Below, in pieces: positions 18,543-28,539 of a stretch of 64,000 bases of DNA. The stretch is from an uncultured delta proteobacterium. Lineage in GTDB: Bacteria > Myxococcota_A > Polyangia > Polyangiales > Polyangiaceae. Both the position numbers and the translations under genes were made by a program. The stretch covers positions 1,024,001 through 1,088,000 of the forward strand of contig CAWJCS010000005.1 in the NCBI GenBank assembly GCA_963841435.1, written 5' to 3'. The first letter of the stretch is position 1; every line of letters begins with the position of its first letter. The notes under the pieces are model-generated. The model worked only from the letters and a program-made list of their open reading frames with translations. It did not search any database and was not told where the DNA came from.

Positions 18543-19862
18543 ATGGCGATGCTGGAGAAGGAAGCGCCCCACGTCGTCATTCTCGGCGCGGGATTCGCAG
18601 GGCTCGCCGCGGCCAAGGCCCTCAAGCGCGCCAAAGTGCGCATCACGCTCGTCGATCGCACCAACCACCATCTGTTTCAGCCCCTGCTCTACCAAGTTGC
18701 CGCCGCGGCGCTCGCGGCGCCCGACGTGTCGGCACCGATCCGGCAGCTCCTCGCCAACCAGCCGAACGTCACGGTGTGGATGGCGACCATCGAGCGAGTA
18801 GAGCTCGAGAAGAAGCAAGTCCTGCTCGAGGGACTGAAGCTCGACTACGACTACCTGATCGTCGCAACGGGGATGCGACACGCCTACTTCGGTCACGATC
18901 TCTGGGTGAACCACGCACCAGGCCTCAAAACGATCGGCGAGGCTCTCGACATCCGCCGCCGCATCCTTAGGGCCTTCGAGGCGGCCGAGCTCGAGCCGAA
19001 CCCCGAACAGCGCCGTGCCTGGACGACGTTCGTCATCATCGGCGGCGGGCCGACGGGCGTCGAGCTCGCGGGCGCGCTCGCCGAGATCGCGGGTCGCACG
19101 CTCGCGCGCGACTTTCGGCGCTTCGACCCTCGCACGACGCGCGTCGTGCTCATCGAGGCGGGACCCCGCATTTTACCGAGCTTTCCTCAGCGCCTTTCGG
19201 ATCGCGCGCGCGAGCAGCTCGAGGAGCTCGGGATCGAGGTGCGCACCGGGGCGCCCGTCTCCGAGGTGAATGCGAGCTTCGTCGAGCTCGGGAGCGAGCG
19301 CATCTCGGCGCGCACGGTGCTCTGGGCGGCCGGCGTCCGAGCGAGCGCCATCACCGCGAACCTCGGCGTGCCCATCGATCGGGTGGGAAGGGTTTGGGTG
19401 GAGGAGGACCTGTGCGTTCCCGATCGACGCGAGGTCTTCGTCGTGGGTGACCTGGTGGCCAAGACCAAGGACGGCAAGCTTCTGCCCGGCGTCGCCCAGC
19501 TCGCGTTGCAGACGGGGCGATTTGCCGCGAGGCAGGTCGTCCATGATCTTCGCGGGGAGCGGCGCGAGAAGTTCGTCTACGTCAACAAGGGGTCGATGGC
19601 GACGATCGGGCGTCACCGAGCCGTCGCCAAGCTCGGGCGCTTCGAGTTCTCGGGGATCGTGGCGTGGTGGCTCTGGCTCATCGTGCACGTGCTCGGCCTC
19701 GTCGAGTTCCGGCGGCGCGTCGCCGTGCTGAGCGAGTGGGCCTGGGCGTATTTCACCTGGAAACGCCGCTCGCGCGTGATTCTGGAGGTGCCCGCGGAGC
19801 CGCAGAACCCGCGCTCGTCGTCGTACCCCGCCGCGCGCCCGAGCCTCAAGACCGGAAGTTGA
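18543..19862 (+). CDS. ndh: Type II NADH:quinone oxidoreductase (NDH-2)
   Basis: VVILGAGFAG, NHHLFQPLLYQVA, IIGGGPTGVELAG, YVNKGSMATIGR. Confidence 0.92.
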   Translation: MAMLEKEAPHVVILGAGFAGLAAAKALKRAKVRITLVDRTNHHLFQPLLYQVAAAALAAPDVSAPIRQLLANQPNVTVWMATIERVELEKKQVLLEGLKLDYDYLIVATGMRHAYFGHDLWVNHAPGLKTIGEALDIRRRILRAFEAAELEPNPEQRRAWTTFVIIGGGPTGVELAGALAEIAGRTLARDFRRFDPRTTRVVLIEAGPRILPSFPQRLSDRAREQLEELGIEVRTGAPVSEVNASFVELGSERISARTVLWAAGVRASAITANLGVPIDRVGRVWVEEDLCVPDRREVFVVGDLVAKTKDGKLLPGVAQLALQTGRFAARQVVHDLRGERREKFVYVNKGSMATIGRHRAVAKLGRFEFSGIVAWWLWLIVHVLGLVEFRRRVAVLSEWAWAYFTWKRRSRVILEVPAEPQNPRSSSYPAARPSLKTGS

Positions 19863-19971
19863 GGGTCCTCCCGCGCTGGGGTGGGGGCCCGCGGACGTTC
19901 TCGTCACGAAGCTCGGGAACGGCGGAGCGGGAAAGCCTCGCCACCTCGGGCGTCAACGAGTAGGCAGAAGC

Positions 19972-22077
19972 GTGCACGCGCGACCGGGTCCGACTCCGGC
20001 GAGCGGGTGGGCGCGAGCTTCGGGTCTTGCGGCGGCCCTGCTCGCGCTCGGGTGCGCCTCGGTCGAAAAGGGTCGCTACGGCGTGCGTTCGGTCGATGTC
20101 CAGGGCGCGCAGGCGATCGACGACGAGGCGCTACGCGCCTGCCTCGTGACCGTCGAGCGGCCGTCGTTCGGGCTCAAGCTCGGCGTGGCGTCGCCGGAAT
20201 GCAACCGGCCGCCCTTCGAGTCGAGCGCGCCCACGCTGCACCTGTGGCGCTGGCCGTGGACGGAGTGGCCGACTTTCAACCAGGCGGTGTTCAGCCGCGA
20301 TCGCGAGCGGATCTTGCGGTTTTATCGCGCGCGGGGCTTCTTCGACGCCACGGTTCGAGAGGTTCGCTTCGAGCCCCCCGAGGCGGCGCGCTCGGGAGCC
20401 AAAGGCCCGTGCGATCCCGAGCGCGAGCAGTGCACGGTGAACATCGTCGTCGTCGTCAACGAGGGAGAGCCCACGCTCGTCGATCGGGTGGCGGTGCGCG
20501 GCATCGATTCGCTCGACGCCTCCCTGCGAAGGCAGATCGCCGAGCTTGCCGAGGCGCTTCGCGACGCGCGCTTCGACGAAACGACTCACGATGAAAAGAA
20601 GAAGGCGATCCGTGACGCTCTGCGCGCTCGCGGTTACGCCGCAGCCAAGGTGGACGGCAAGGTCGAAATCGACACGGCGTCGCACCGCGCCAACGTCGAG
20701 CTCGCCGTCGCGCCCGGGCCCGTCTACACCTTCGGCACGCTCGGCGTCAGCGGTCAGGGCACGCTGCCTTCGAAGCCCATCGTGGCCGCGGCGGACCTCC
20801 GGACCGGCAAGCGCTACGACCCGAGCACCCTGCACGAGCTGCAGGCCGAGGTCTTCGCGCTCGGCGCGTTCTCTGCCGTCGAGCTCAACGAAACGCTGGA
20901 CCCGGCGCGACGCCGCGTGAACGTCGATGTCCACGTCGCGCCGCTTTCCCCCGAGCAACTGCGCGTCGGCTTCGGTGTCCTCAGCGGGGCCACGCGCCGC
21001 ACGGAGACCGGCGAGCTGACGAGCATTCCGCAGTGGGACCTCCACCTGTTCGGCACCTACGAGCGGCGCCACGTGTTCGGCACGCTCGGGCGCGTGCGTC
21101 TCGAGGAGCGGCCGCGGCTGATTCTCAACGAGCCGTTTCCGCAGACGGCCAAGCCGACCTACGGCAACCTGGTCGGGCTGCGTCTGGATGAGCCGGGCCT
21201 CGTCGAGGCCCGCACGAACCTGTTCGCGAGCTCCTCGTGGGACTACGGCCCCGACGCGTTCCTCGGGTTTCGCCGCTCCGACATCCTGGCTCGCGTCGGG
21301 GTATCGCGTGGCTTCTTTGCGCGGCGACTGATCGCGACGCTCGCCGTCGAGCAGGATCTGTTCCTCGTGCCGTCGCTCGGCAACCCGACGAGCGACGGCA
21401 GCCCGACGCCGACGCCCTACACGTACGCCTTCGTCGAGCAGGATCTGCGCCTCGATTTCCGCGACAACCGCCAGCGCCCCACGCTCGGCGCGTATTTCGG
21501 CCTCAACGTCAGCGAGGCGCCGCGCTTCGCGGCCTCGGACTGGGCGCTCGTGCGCCTGGCCCCCGAGGTACGCGGCTATCTTCCGCTGCCCCTCGATACC
21601 GTGCTCGCGGCGCGCTTCGCGCTGGGGTCCGCGTACGTGCTCGATGCAAGCGCGCAGCTCGACGCGTCGTCACGGCAGCTCGGCCCTTCGAGCTATCGTC
21701 TGCGCGGCGGCGGCGCGAACAGCAACCGCGGCTTTTTGCCCGGGCAGCTCGGCGCGGGCATCCAGGGCGGCCTGCGCCGTTGGGAGTCGACCGCCGAGCT
21801 GCGCTTCGCGCTCGGCGCCGATTTCGGCATCGTCGGCTTCCTCGACGTCGGCGACGTGAACGACGCGCCCCATTTCCGCTTCAGCCACCTCAACACGACG
21901 GCTGGCACGGGCCTGCGCTACTACACCGTGATTGGCGTGTTGCGCGTCGATGTCGGGTTCCGCATCCGGCCCTGGCAGCGCGTGAACGGCGACCCGGGCA
22001 TCGAGGCCGATGCCAATCGATTGCCCTTTACCCGCATCCCGGGAGCGGCACACTTCACCATCGGAGAGTCGTTCTGA
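19972..22077 (+). CDS. Omp85 family (TamA/BamA-like) lipoprotein with POTRA domains
   Basis: Lipobox LALGC; POTRA motifs (FYRARGFFDA, RARGYAAAKV); GGANSNRGF; GLRYYTVIGVLRVDVG; C-terminal IGESF. Confidence 0.88.
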   Translation: MHARPGPTPASGWARASGLAAALLALGCASVEKGRYGVRSVDVQGAQAIDDEALRACLVTVERPSFGLKLGVASPECNRPPFESSAPTLHLWRWPWTEWPTFNQAVFSRDRERILRFYRARGFFDATVREVRFEPPEAARSGAKGPCDPEREQCTVNIVVVVNEGEPTLVDRVAVRGIDSLDASLRRQIAELAEALRDARFDETTHDEKKKAIRDALRARGYAAAKVDGKVEIDTASHRANVELAVAPGPVYTFGTLGVSGQGTLPSKPIVAAADLRTGKRYDPSTLHELQAEVFALGAFSAVELNETLDPARRRVNVDVHVAPLSPEQLRVGFGVLSGATRRTETGELTSIPQWDLHLFGTYERRHVFGTLGRVRLEERPRLILNEPFPQTAKPTYGNLVGLRLDEPGLVEARTNLFASSSWDYGPDAFLGFRRSDILARVGVSRGFFARRLIATLAVEQDLFLVPSLGNPTSDGSPTPTPYTYAFVEQDLRLDFRDNRQRPTLGAYFGLNVSEAPRFAASDWALVRLAPEVRGYLPLPLDTVLAARFALGSAYVLDASAQLDASSRQLGPSSYRLRGGGANSNRGFLPGQLGAGIQGGLRRWESTAELRFALGADFGIVGFLDVGDVNDAPHFRFSHLNTTAGTGLRYYTVIGVLRVDVGFRIRPWQRVNGDPGIEADANRLPFTRIPGAAHFTIGESF

Positions 22078-25000
22078 TGCGCTGGGCGCGCCTTCGTCGC
22101 TGGCTCGTGCGCCTGATCGTGGTGCTCAGCGCGGCGATCCTTGTGGCGCTCGTGCTGACGACGCTGACGCTCGCGACGCGCTTCGGCCGCAATCTCGCGC
22201 TCGGCTACGCGCTCGTCGCCGTCAACCGCGCCATCCCCGGGCGCGTCGCGGTCGCGGACTTCTCCGAGCTCGGCCTGCACGGGCTCGAGCTCACCGGCGT
22301 GTCCGTCTTCGACCCGACGGGCAAGCGCGTGCTGGAGGTGAAGACACTCCGCCTCGAAGCCGATTTCCTCGGGCTCCGGCCGAGCACGCTCCGCGTGGAG
22401 CGCGTCAGTGTGAAGGGCGGTTCCGTCGATTTGCGCGAGGTCGCCGCGACGCGGCGAGGGCTCGTCGCTGCGTTCGTGGATCCGGCCGCACCTCCCTCTG
22501 CGCCGCGCAGCGCACCGCTGCCCTACGTCCTCGTGCGCGTGCTCGAGGTCGAGGGCTTCAGGGCCACTTTGCCGCGGCCCGCACCCGCGCTCCCCACGAG
22601 CGTCGAGGACCTTCGGCTGCTCGCCGACTTCGAGCTCGACGGGGGGCCCCGCGCGAACGTGCGGCGCCTAACCTTTCACGCCGAGCGCGAGCGCGAGCGA
22701 TGGCTCACGGTCTCGCGTTTCGAGGCTCACCTCGGGCGGCGCGACGAGACTTCGTCGATGAAGCTCGAGGCCGACGCCGCGGGCGCGGCGATCGCGCTTT
22801 CGGCGAAGGGCGTTTTGCCGGGCGATGAGCACTTCGAAGCGGCGCCGGTTTCGCTCGAGCTCGCGATCTCGCGGGTCACGGCCGCTCGCCTCGCCACGCT
22901 CGCGGCGGACCCTGGCCTCGCGCAGGCGTTCTCGGGTGAAGTGGCCGTGCGAGCCAAGGTCGCAGGCTCGCTCGCGGCGCTCGTTGGCAACGTCGTCGCC
23001 GACACGAACGGAGGCCAGGTCACACTCGATGCCACGCTGGCCGATCGGGAGCATCTCGCATTCGAGCTCGTTGCGCAGGGCATCCGCGCGGGTCGCGTCG
23101 TGTCGGGCGCGCCTCCGGAACCCGTCACCGCAGCGCTGAGCGGCTCGGTCGAGCTGCCGGGCGCGAAGGCTGCCGCGGGCACGCCGGCGCTCGGAAAGGA
23201 CGAGCTTTTCGCGAGGGTGCGGGTGAGACGCGCGAAGCTCGGTGACGAGGTGCTGCCCGACATGGACCTAAGAGCGATCGTCTCGGCCACGGGCGTGAGG
23301 GATCTCGACCTTGACGCCGAGGACGGCGTGTCCGAGCTCAGCGCCAAAGGGCGCGTGGGTTTCGCCAGCGACATGGAGCTCGAGCTCTCGGCGCGCGTCG
23401 AACCCGCAACGCTAAAGCGCCTCGCTCGCCTCGTTTCCGCCGGCAAGAAGGCGGGCGGACACCTGAAGGTCGCGGCGCACGTTTCGAGAACGAAGACGGG
23501 GTACCTGACGGTGACCGCCGACCTGACGGGACGAGACCTCGCTCTCGACGACCTCTCGCTGGCACGGCTCGATGCGCACACCGCCCTGAAAGGCGATCCG
23601 CCGCGACTCAGCGGCAAGACCCGCGTCGAGATCGCGGACCTTCGCGCGGGAGAGGCCACGGTTCACGGCGCCTCGCTCGCCGTAACGGGTGGCCCCGAGC
23701 ACTATCGGGTGACGCTCGGCGGGCGCTCCAACCAGGGCGATCTGGATCTTCTGGCCAGCGTCAACGCCACGAGCCACGACTTGGTGATCGAAGCGAGCGG
23801 CCGGGGCACGCGCGCCGGGCACGAGCTCGAGCTCGCGGTCGCGCGCACGCACGTTGCGCTCGGCGGCAGCGTGGAGACACAAGGCGTGTCGGTGTCGTTC
23901 GCCGGGCAAGCGCTCACGCTCCGCGGCCGCCTGGCGCCCGAGCGCTCGGAGCTCGTCATCGACGCGACGAGCATCGACCTCGGCGCGCTCGCGAGCATGC
24001 TCCCCGCGGATCTGAAGCCGCAGGGGCACGTGACCTTGCACGGAGCGCTGCGCGGCGAGCTCGCGCGACCCGAGCTCGAGCTCAACATCGCGGCCACCAG
24101 CGTGAAGCTCGGCGACCGCCCCGCCCTCGACACCTGGCTCGACGCGCGGCTCGACGCGCCCGCCGGCACCGCCTCCGTCGAGTTGCGCGCGACCGATGTC
24201 GTCGCGTCACCGGCGCGCGAGCACCGCCTCCTCGTGGAGCTCGCCGCGGAAAGCCACTTCGCGACGGGAGTACCGCTTTCGCGCGCCCTCGGAGACGCCG
24301 AGCATCGCGTCCACCTCGAGCTCGACGCGCTCGACCTTTCCCTCGTGCACGAGCTCGCGCCAGCCGTCCGTCTGCCCGTGAGCGGGAGCCTGCACGCGGA
24401 GCTCGACGCAAACGGGACGCTCGAAGCGCCGCATGCCGAGCTCGCTCTCGACGGGACGCTGAAGAGCGCCGGGAGCCCCACGAGCTACCGCGTCGCCCAG
24501 CGCGCGAGCCTCGATGCCGGGCACTTCGAAGCACGGCTCACGGTCGACGACGCCAAGGGCGCGCTCTTCACGGCTTTCATCGACGCAACGCCGCCGAGCT
24601 TCTCCCGCCTGGCGGCCGATCCGGCGCATGCCCTCGATGACACGCCGTTCCACGTGATGGCGGCGCTCGCTGGCCGGAAGCTACGAGAGCTGCCACTCCC
24701 CGGCGCCGCGTCGCTCCCCAATGCCGTGCTCGGTGCTTCGCTCCTCGCGTCGCACGAGCCGGGTCACGAGCCCACGGTGGAGCTGACGGCGTCGCTCCGA
24801 CAAGAGCCCGTGCCGGGCGAGACGAGCGCGTGCGACCAGGGCGACATCAGGCTCGACGCCGGGGCGACGCTGCACGAGGGGCGCTTCGACGCGCTCGTTT
24901 CCGGCACCCGGCGTGACGAGGAGCTGCTCCGCGTCAGCGTCGGCGCAGAGCTCGCTCTCGCTGACGCGTTCTCCGGCGGCGAGGTGCGGCTCGGAAAGAT

Positions 25001-26780
25001 CTCGGCGAGAGCGAGCTCGCGCGACCTCGCTCTCGAGAGCCTGCCGGTCGTCTGCGCCTACGCGACCGGAACGGTCAGCATGCATGCCGAGGTCTCGGAC
25101 CCGCTCGGCCGCGATCCGCACGTCGATGTCGGACTGGTCGCCCGTGGCTTTAGCGCCGGCTCCACGGAGCGGCTCGACGCGAAGCTCGACCTCGGCGCTC
25201 GCTCGGACCACGCGCGACTCGACGCCGAGATCGTGCACGGCCGCGAGCGCTCGACGGTCTTCGCGCGCGTCCCACTCAGGCTTCGAGACGGCAAAGCGAG
25301 CATCGCGCTCGACGCCCCCATCGAGGGTCGCATGAAGCTCGTCCACCTCCCGCTCGAACCGTTCTTGAACCCCAAGGGCGCGATCTCCCTTGCCACCGGA
25401 ACGCTGAGCGGGCGGGTGACGCTCGGCGGAACGCTCGCCCATCCGAAGCTCGGCGGCAGGATCGACCTCGAGAAGGTCGGGTTCACGGCGACGGACGCAG
25501 CGCAACCCCTGCGCGATGTCGGCGGTCGCCTGGTGTTCACGGAACGCGAGATCCGGCTCGAGCATCTCGTGGCGCACGACAAGGACGGCAGCCTCGTCCT
25601 CGACGGCCGCCTGGATCTCGAGAACCTCCAGCGCGTGAAGGGAGACTTCACGCTGAAGGCGAGGGATTTCCCGCTCCGACAGCAGGGACAGGTGGTCGCG
25701 ATCACGCAGCTCGACGCCCACGTGACGAGCACCGTGACACCAAGGACCACGAGCGTGCGCGTCGAGCTGGGCCAGATCGACACCTGGCTGGAGAGCGCAG
25801 AGCTCAGAAGCGGCATCGATCTGGAAGGGCACCCGGACGTGGTCGTCAACGGTGTCCCCGCGCGCGAGCCCACCGACGGTCCGACGGCGCCCGACGCGCC
25901 CCCACCCGGGTTCGAGGCGGGCAAAACCGCCGCACCAAGGCGCTCCCAATCGAGCGCCGCGCCCCAGCGCCCCGAACTGCCCGGCACTCGGAACGAAAAG
26001 CGGATGGCGCCGCGCACGACGACCATCACGCTCGACGCGCGCAACCACTTCTGGATCAAGCGCAAGGACTTCGCGGTGAAGCTCGCGGCGCTGCTCGACG
26101 TGCGCGTCCAGGGCGAGGCCGTTCGCGTCGAGGGCAAGGTCGATCTCGATCGAGGCTACCTCGAGCTTTTCGGCAAGGTGTTCGAGATCCAGCGCGGCGG
26201 ATACCTCGAGTTCATCGGGTCGCCCGAGCCGGATCCCGTGCTCCAGATCGAGGCGGTGCACCAGAACCGACGCTCGGCGCAAAAGGTGAGCGTCCGCATC
26301 ACGGGGCGCGGTTCGGCGCCAGAGCTCGCCTTCTTCATCGACGACGAGGCGGTCACCGCGGGCGACGCTTTCATCGCCCTCTTCGGCGGGCAGCGTTCGA
26401 ACCAAGATCCGAAGGGCGGAGGGGAGCAGGCGCGGCAGTTCGTGGGCGGCCTGACCGCAGGGATCCTCGCGACCACGGCACGGCGCGAGCTCGGCGCCGC
26501 GGCTCCGATTCTCATGGTCGACCCGGGTGGCGACGACGAGGAAAGCCGAGTACGGGCCGGCTTCGAGCTCGATAGTCTCGTGCCCGGCTTCCTGAAAAAC
26601 GTCGTCACCGGTGTGTACTTCGAGGGCATCGTCTCCAACGGCAAGAGCGCCGATGAAAAGGACGCGAACGTGCACGGCGGCGCGCTCCTCGAGATCTATT
26701 TTCCGCGCGATTTCTTCACCGCCGGCCAGTACGGGCCGGGCACGACCTGGTCGCTCAACGTCGGGTGGCAACCCTATTGA
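22077..26780 (+). CDS. TamB/AsmA-like translocation and assembly module protein
   Basis: TGATG coupling to the Omp85 gene; N-terminal TM anchor; long beta-rich body; C-terminal TamB(DUF490)-like GKVDLDRGYLELFGKVFEIQRG..DPVLQIEA. Confidence 0.85.
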   Translation: MRWARLRRWLVRLIVVLSAAILVALVLTTLTLATRFGRNLALGYALVAVNRAIPGRVAVADFSELGLHGLELTGVSVFDPTGKRVLEVKTLRLEADFLGLRPSTLRVERVSVKGGSVDLREVAATRRGLVAAFVDPAAPPSAPRSAPLPYVLVRVLEVEGFRATLPRPAPALPTSVEDLRLLADFELDGGPRANVRRLTFHAERERERWLTVSRFEAHLGRRDETSSMKLEADAAGAAIALSAKGVLPGDEHFEAAPVSLELAISRVTAARLATLAADPGLAQAFSGEVAVRAKVAGSLAALVGNVVADTNGGQVTLDATLADREHLAFELVAQGIRAGRVVSGAPPEPVTAALSGSVELPGAKAAAGTPALGKDELFARVRVRRAKLGDEVLPDMDLRAIVSATGVRDLDLDAEDGVSELSAKGRVGFASDMELELSARVEPATLKRLARLVSAGKKAGGHLKVAAHVSRTKTGYLTVTADLTGRDLALDDLSLARLDAHTALKGDPPRLSGKTRVEIADLRAGEATVHGASLAVTGGPEHYRVTLGGRSNQGDLDLLASVNATSHDLVIEASGRGTRAGHELELAVARTHVALGGSVETQGVSVSFAGQALTLRGRLAPERSELVIDATSIDLGALASMLPADLKPQGHVTLHGALRGELARPELELNIAATSVKLGDRPALDTWLDARLDAPAGTASVELRATDVVASPAREHRLLVELAAESHFATGVPLSRALGDAEHRVHLELDALDLSLVHELAPAVRLPVSGSLHAELDANGTLEAPHAELALDGTLKSAGSPTSYRVAQRASLDAGHFEARLTVDDAKGALFTAFIDATPPSFSRLAADPAHALDDTPFHVMAALAGRKLRELPLPGAASLPNAVLGASLLASHEPGHEPTVELTASLRQEPVPGETSACDQGDIRLDAGATLHEGRFDALVSGTRRDEELLRVSVGAELALADAFSGGEVRLGKISARASSRDLALESLPVVCAYATGTVSMHAEVSDPLGRDPHVDVGLVARGFSAGSTERLDAKLDLGARSDHARLDAEIVHGRERSTVFARVPLRLRDGKASIALDAPIEGRMKLVHLPLEPFLNPKGAISLATGTLSGRVTLGGTLAHPKLGGRIDLEKVGFTATDAAQPLRDVGGRLVFTEREIRLEHLVAHDKDGSLVLDGRLDLENLQRVKGDFTLKARDFPLRQQGQVVAITQLDAHVTSTVTPRTTSVRVELGQIDTWLESAELRSGIDLEGHPDVVVNGVPAREPTDGPTAPDAPPPGFEAGKTAAPRRSQSSAAPQRPELPGTRNEKRMAPRTTTITLDARNHFWIKRKDFAVKLAALLDVRVQGEAVRVEGKVDLDRGYLELFGKVFEIQRGGYLEFIGSPEPDPVLQIEAVHQNRRSAQKVSVRITGRGSAPELAFFIDDEAVTAGDAFIALFGGQRSNQDPKGGGEQARQFVGGLTAGILATTARRELGAAAPILMVDPGGDDEESRVRAGFELDSLVPGFLKNVVTGVYFEGIVSNGKSADEKDANVHGGALLEIYFPRDFFTAGQYGPGTTWSLNVGWQPY

Positions 26781-26846
26781 GGGCGGTCTCGCTCGGGCCG
26801 GCGATGGCGCCGCGTCGCCTACCGCGGCTCAGGGTCCGACGGGCCG

Positions 26847-27371
26847 TCAGCCGCCCTTGGGTGCCGGCGCCGTGCCGCAGTCACAAGGGCCGAAGCCGGA
26901 GCCGTCCGGCAAGCACGCCTGACCGCCCGCGCACGCGGCGGCGCCGACGCAAGCCTGCGTCGCACCGGGAATGCAGCGCGTGGCCGGGGCCGGGGGCGGG
27001 CCGGAAGCGGGCGGGGGCGGGGGAGCGCCGGCGACCGGAACGGGCGCGCCGCTCGGCTCGGGCACCGCGGCAACACCGGCTTTCGGCACGCGGGGTTTCT
27101 CTCCGCGGGAAAGACAGCGTACGACGGCGAAGCTCTTGTGGCCCTCGACCGAAGAATCCCCCGTACCGTAGAAGAGCGCTTCGTCGCTCCCCTGAACGAC
27201 TTCGTACGAGCTACCCTTGCAGTAGTCGTCAACGTGGCTCAGGCACGTCGCGAGCGCGTGATCGCAGCGGAGCTCGTGGACTCCCCCCGGAAGGCGAGTC
27301 ACTTGGACGCCCGGGCGCGAGCACGCGGCGGCCGCAACGAGGAACAACGAAGCCGAAGGGATCAGCCGCAC
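26847..27371 (-). CDS. Small Cys/Pro-rich lipoprotein
   Basis: Lipobox VAAAAC; C-terminal CIPGATQACVGAAACAGGQACLPDGSGFGPCDC. Confidence 0.7.
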   Translation of the reverse strand: MRLIPSASLFLVAAAACSRPGVQVTRLPGGVHELRCDHALATCLSHVDDYCKGSSYEVVQGSDEALFYGTGDSSVEGHKSFAVVRCLSRGEKPRVPKAGVAAVPEPSGAPVPVAGAPPPPPASGPPPAPATRCIPGATQACVGAAACAGGQACLPDGSGFGPCDCGTAPAPKGG

Positions 27372-27466
27372 GGAGCGGCACCTCTACGCCGATCATGGCC
27401 GGCGTCAACGCCCGACCGGTCGGGCGCTTGCCGGCACGTCCGTCGATTGCCTAACATGGTGGGCTG

Positions 27467-28498
27467 ATGCGTCGCTGCGCCGGTCTCCTGCTTCTTGCTT
27501 CGCTGTTGCTCCTTTCGAGCCACGGGCGCGCCCAGTCGGCGGAGGAGGCGGCCCGCGCCGCCGCACGCAAGCTCGGGTACGCGGGCATCGAGGCGTACCA
27601 GGCGGCCGACTACGCCAGCGCCGCCGACAAGCTCGACCGTGCCTATCAGGTGCTCAAGGCGCCCTCGCTCGGCCTCTGGTCCGCGCGCTCGATGCTGGCA
27701 ACGGGCCGCCTGGTCGACGCCTCGGAGCGGCTGGTCGAGGTGACGCGCCTGAGCGTGGAGTCGGGCGAACGAAAGGTGCAGGAGAAAGCCAAGGTCGACG
27801 CGCGGCGGGAGCTCGACGCCTTGATCCCGAGGATTCCGAGCGTCGTCATCCGCCTCGAGGGCGCGGAGCCGTCCGACGTGACGCTGAGCATCGACGGCGT
27901 CGGGGTGCCCTCGGCGCTCGTCGGCGAGGGCCGACCCACGGATCCAGGTAAGCACCGCGTCGAGGGCGTGCGTGGCACCGAGCGCGTCCAGGCCGAGGTC
28001 ACGCTGAAGGAGCGGGAGGACAAGAGCGTGACGCTCCGCTTCAATCCCGCGCGCGCGCTGCCGGCGGCGGGTGGTGCCGCGCCGGCAGGCACGGCCGTCA
28101 ACGGTAGCTCGCCGAGCGCGAGCAACGAGCCCGGCGCCGATCGAGACGGCGGTCGGGCGCGCGCTTCGTCGAGCGGCGGCTCGGGCCTGCGCACGTTCGG
28201 CTGGATTTCCATCGGGGTCGGCGCTGCCGGAGCCGGCGTGGCCATCACGACGGGCGTGCTCGCATTGCAGAAGAAGCGCGACATCCAAGCCGCCGGCGAC
28301 TGCGTGGGAGGCTGCAAGGAGACCGGTCGCGTCCAGAACTTCAATACGTTGCGAACGATCTCGATCGCGAGCTCCATCGCGGCGGGCGTCCTCGTGGTCA
28401 CGGGCGTCACCCTCGTGTTGGTGGCCCCGAGCGGCAGCGACACTGAGGCGGCCCTCTCGGTCGGCCCGGGCTCCGTCTCCATTCGCGGCGCATTCTGA
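27467..28498 (+). CDS. TPR + PEGA domain membrane protein
   Basis: Signal peptide; TPR-like GIEAYQAADYASAADKLDRAY; PEGA-like VTLSIDG..DPGKHRVEG; two C-terminal hydrophobic segments; GPGSVSIRGAF end. Confidence 0.8.
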   Translation: MRRCAGLLLLASLLLLSSHGRAQSAEEAARAAARKLGYAGIEAYQAADYASAADKLDRAYQVLKAPSLGLWSARSMLATGRLVDASERLVEVTRLSVESGERKVQEKAKVDARRELDALIPRIPSVVIRLEGAEPSDVTLSIDGVGVPSALVGEGRPTDPGKHRVEGVRGTERVQAEVTLKEREDKSVTLRFNPARALPAAGGAAPAGTAVNGSSPSASNEPGADRDGGRARASSSGGSGLRTFGWISIGVGAAGAGVAITTGVLALQKKRDIQAAGDCVGGCKETGRVQNFNTLRTISIASSIAAGVLVVTGVTLVLVAPSGSDTEAALSVGPGSVSIRGAF

Positions 28499-28539
28499 GC
28501 TCCGCGAGGAGCGCGCCGTCGTGCTACCCTGGGGCCTCT

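Noticed and set aside
21237-22076. N-terminal 280 aa of the 1847-aa tracked ORF
   Set aside because: Overlaps the Omp85 gene out of frame; the real start is the coupled ATG at 22077
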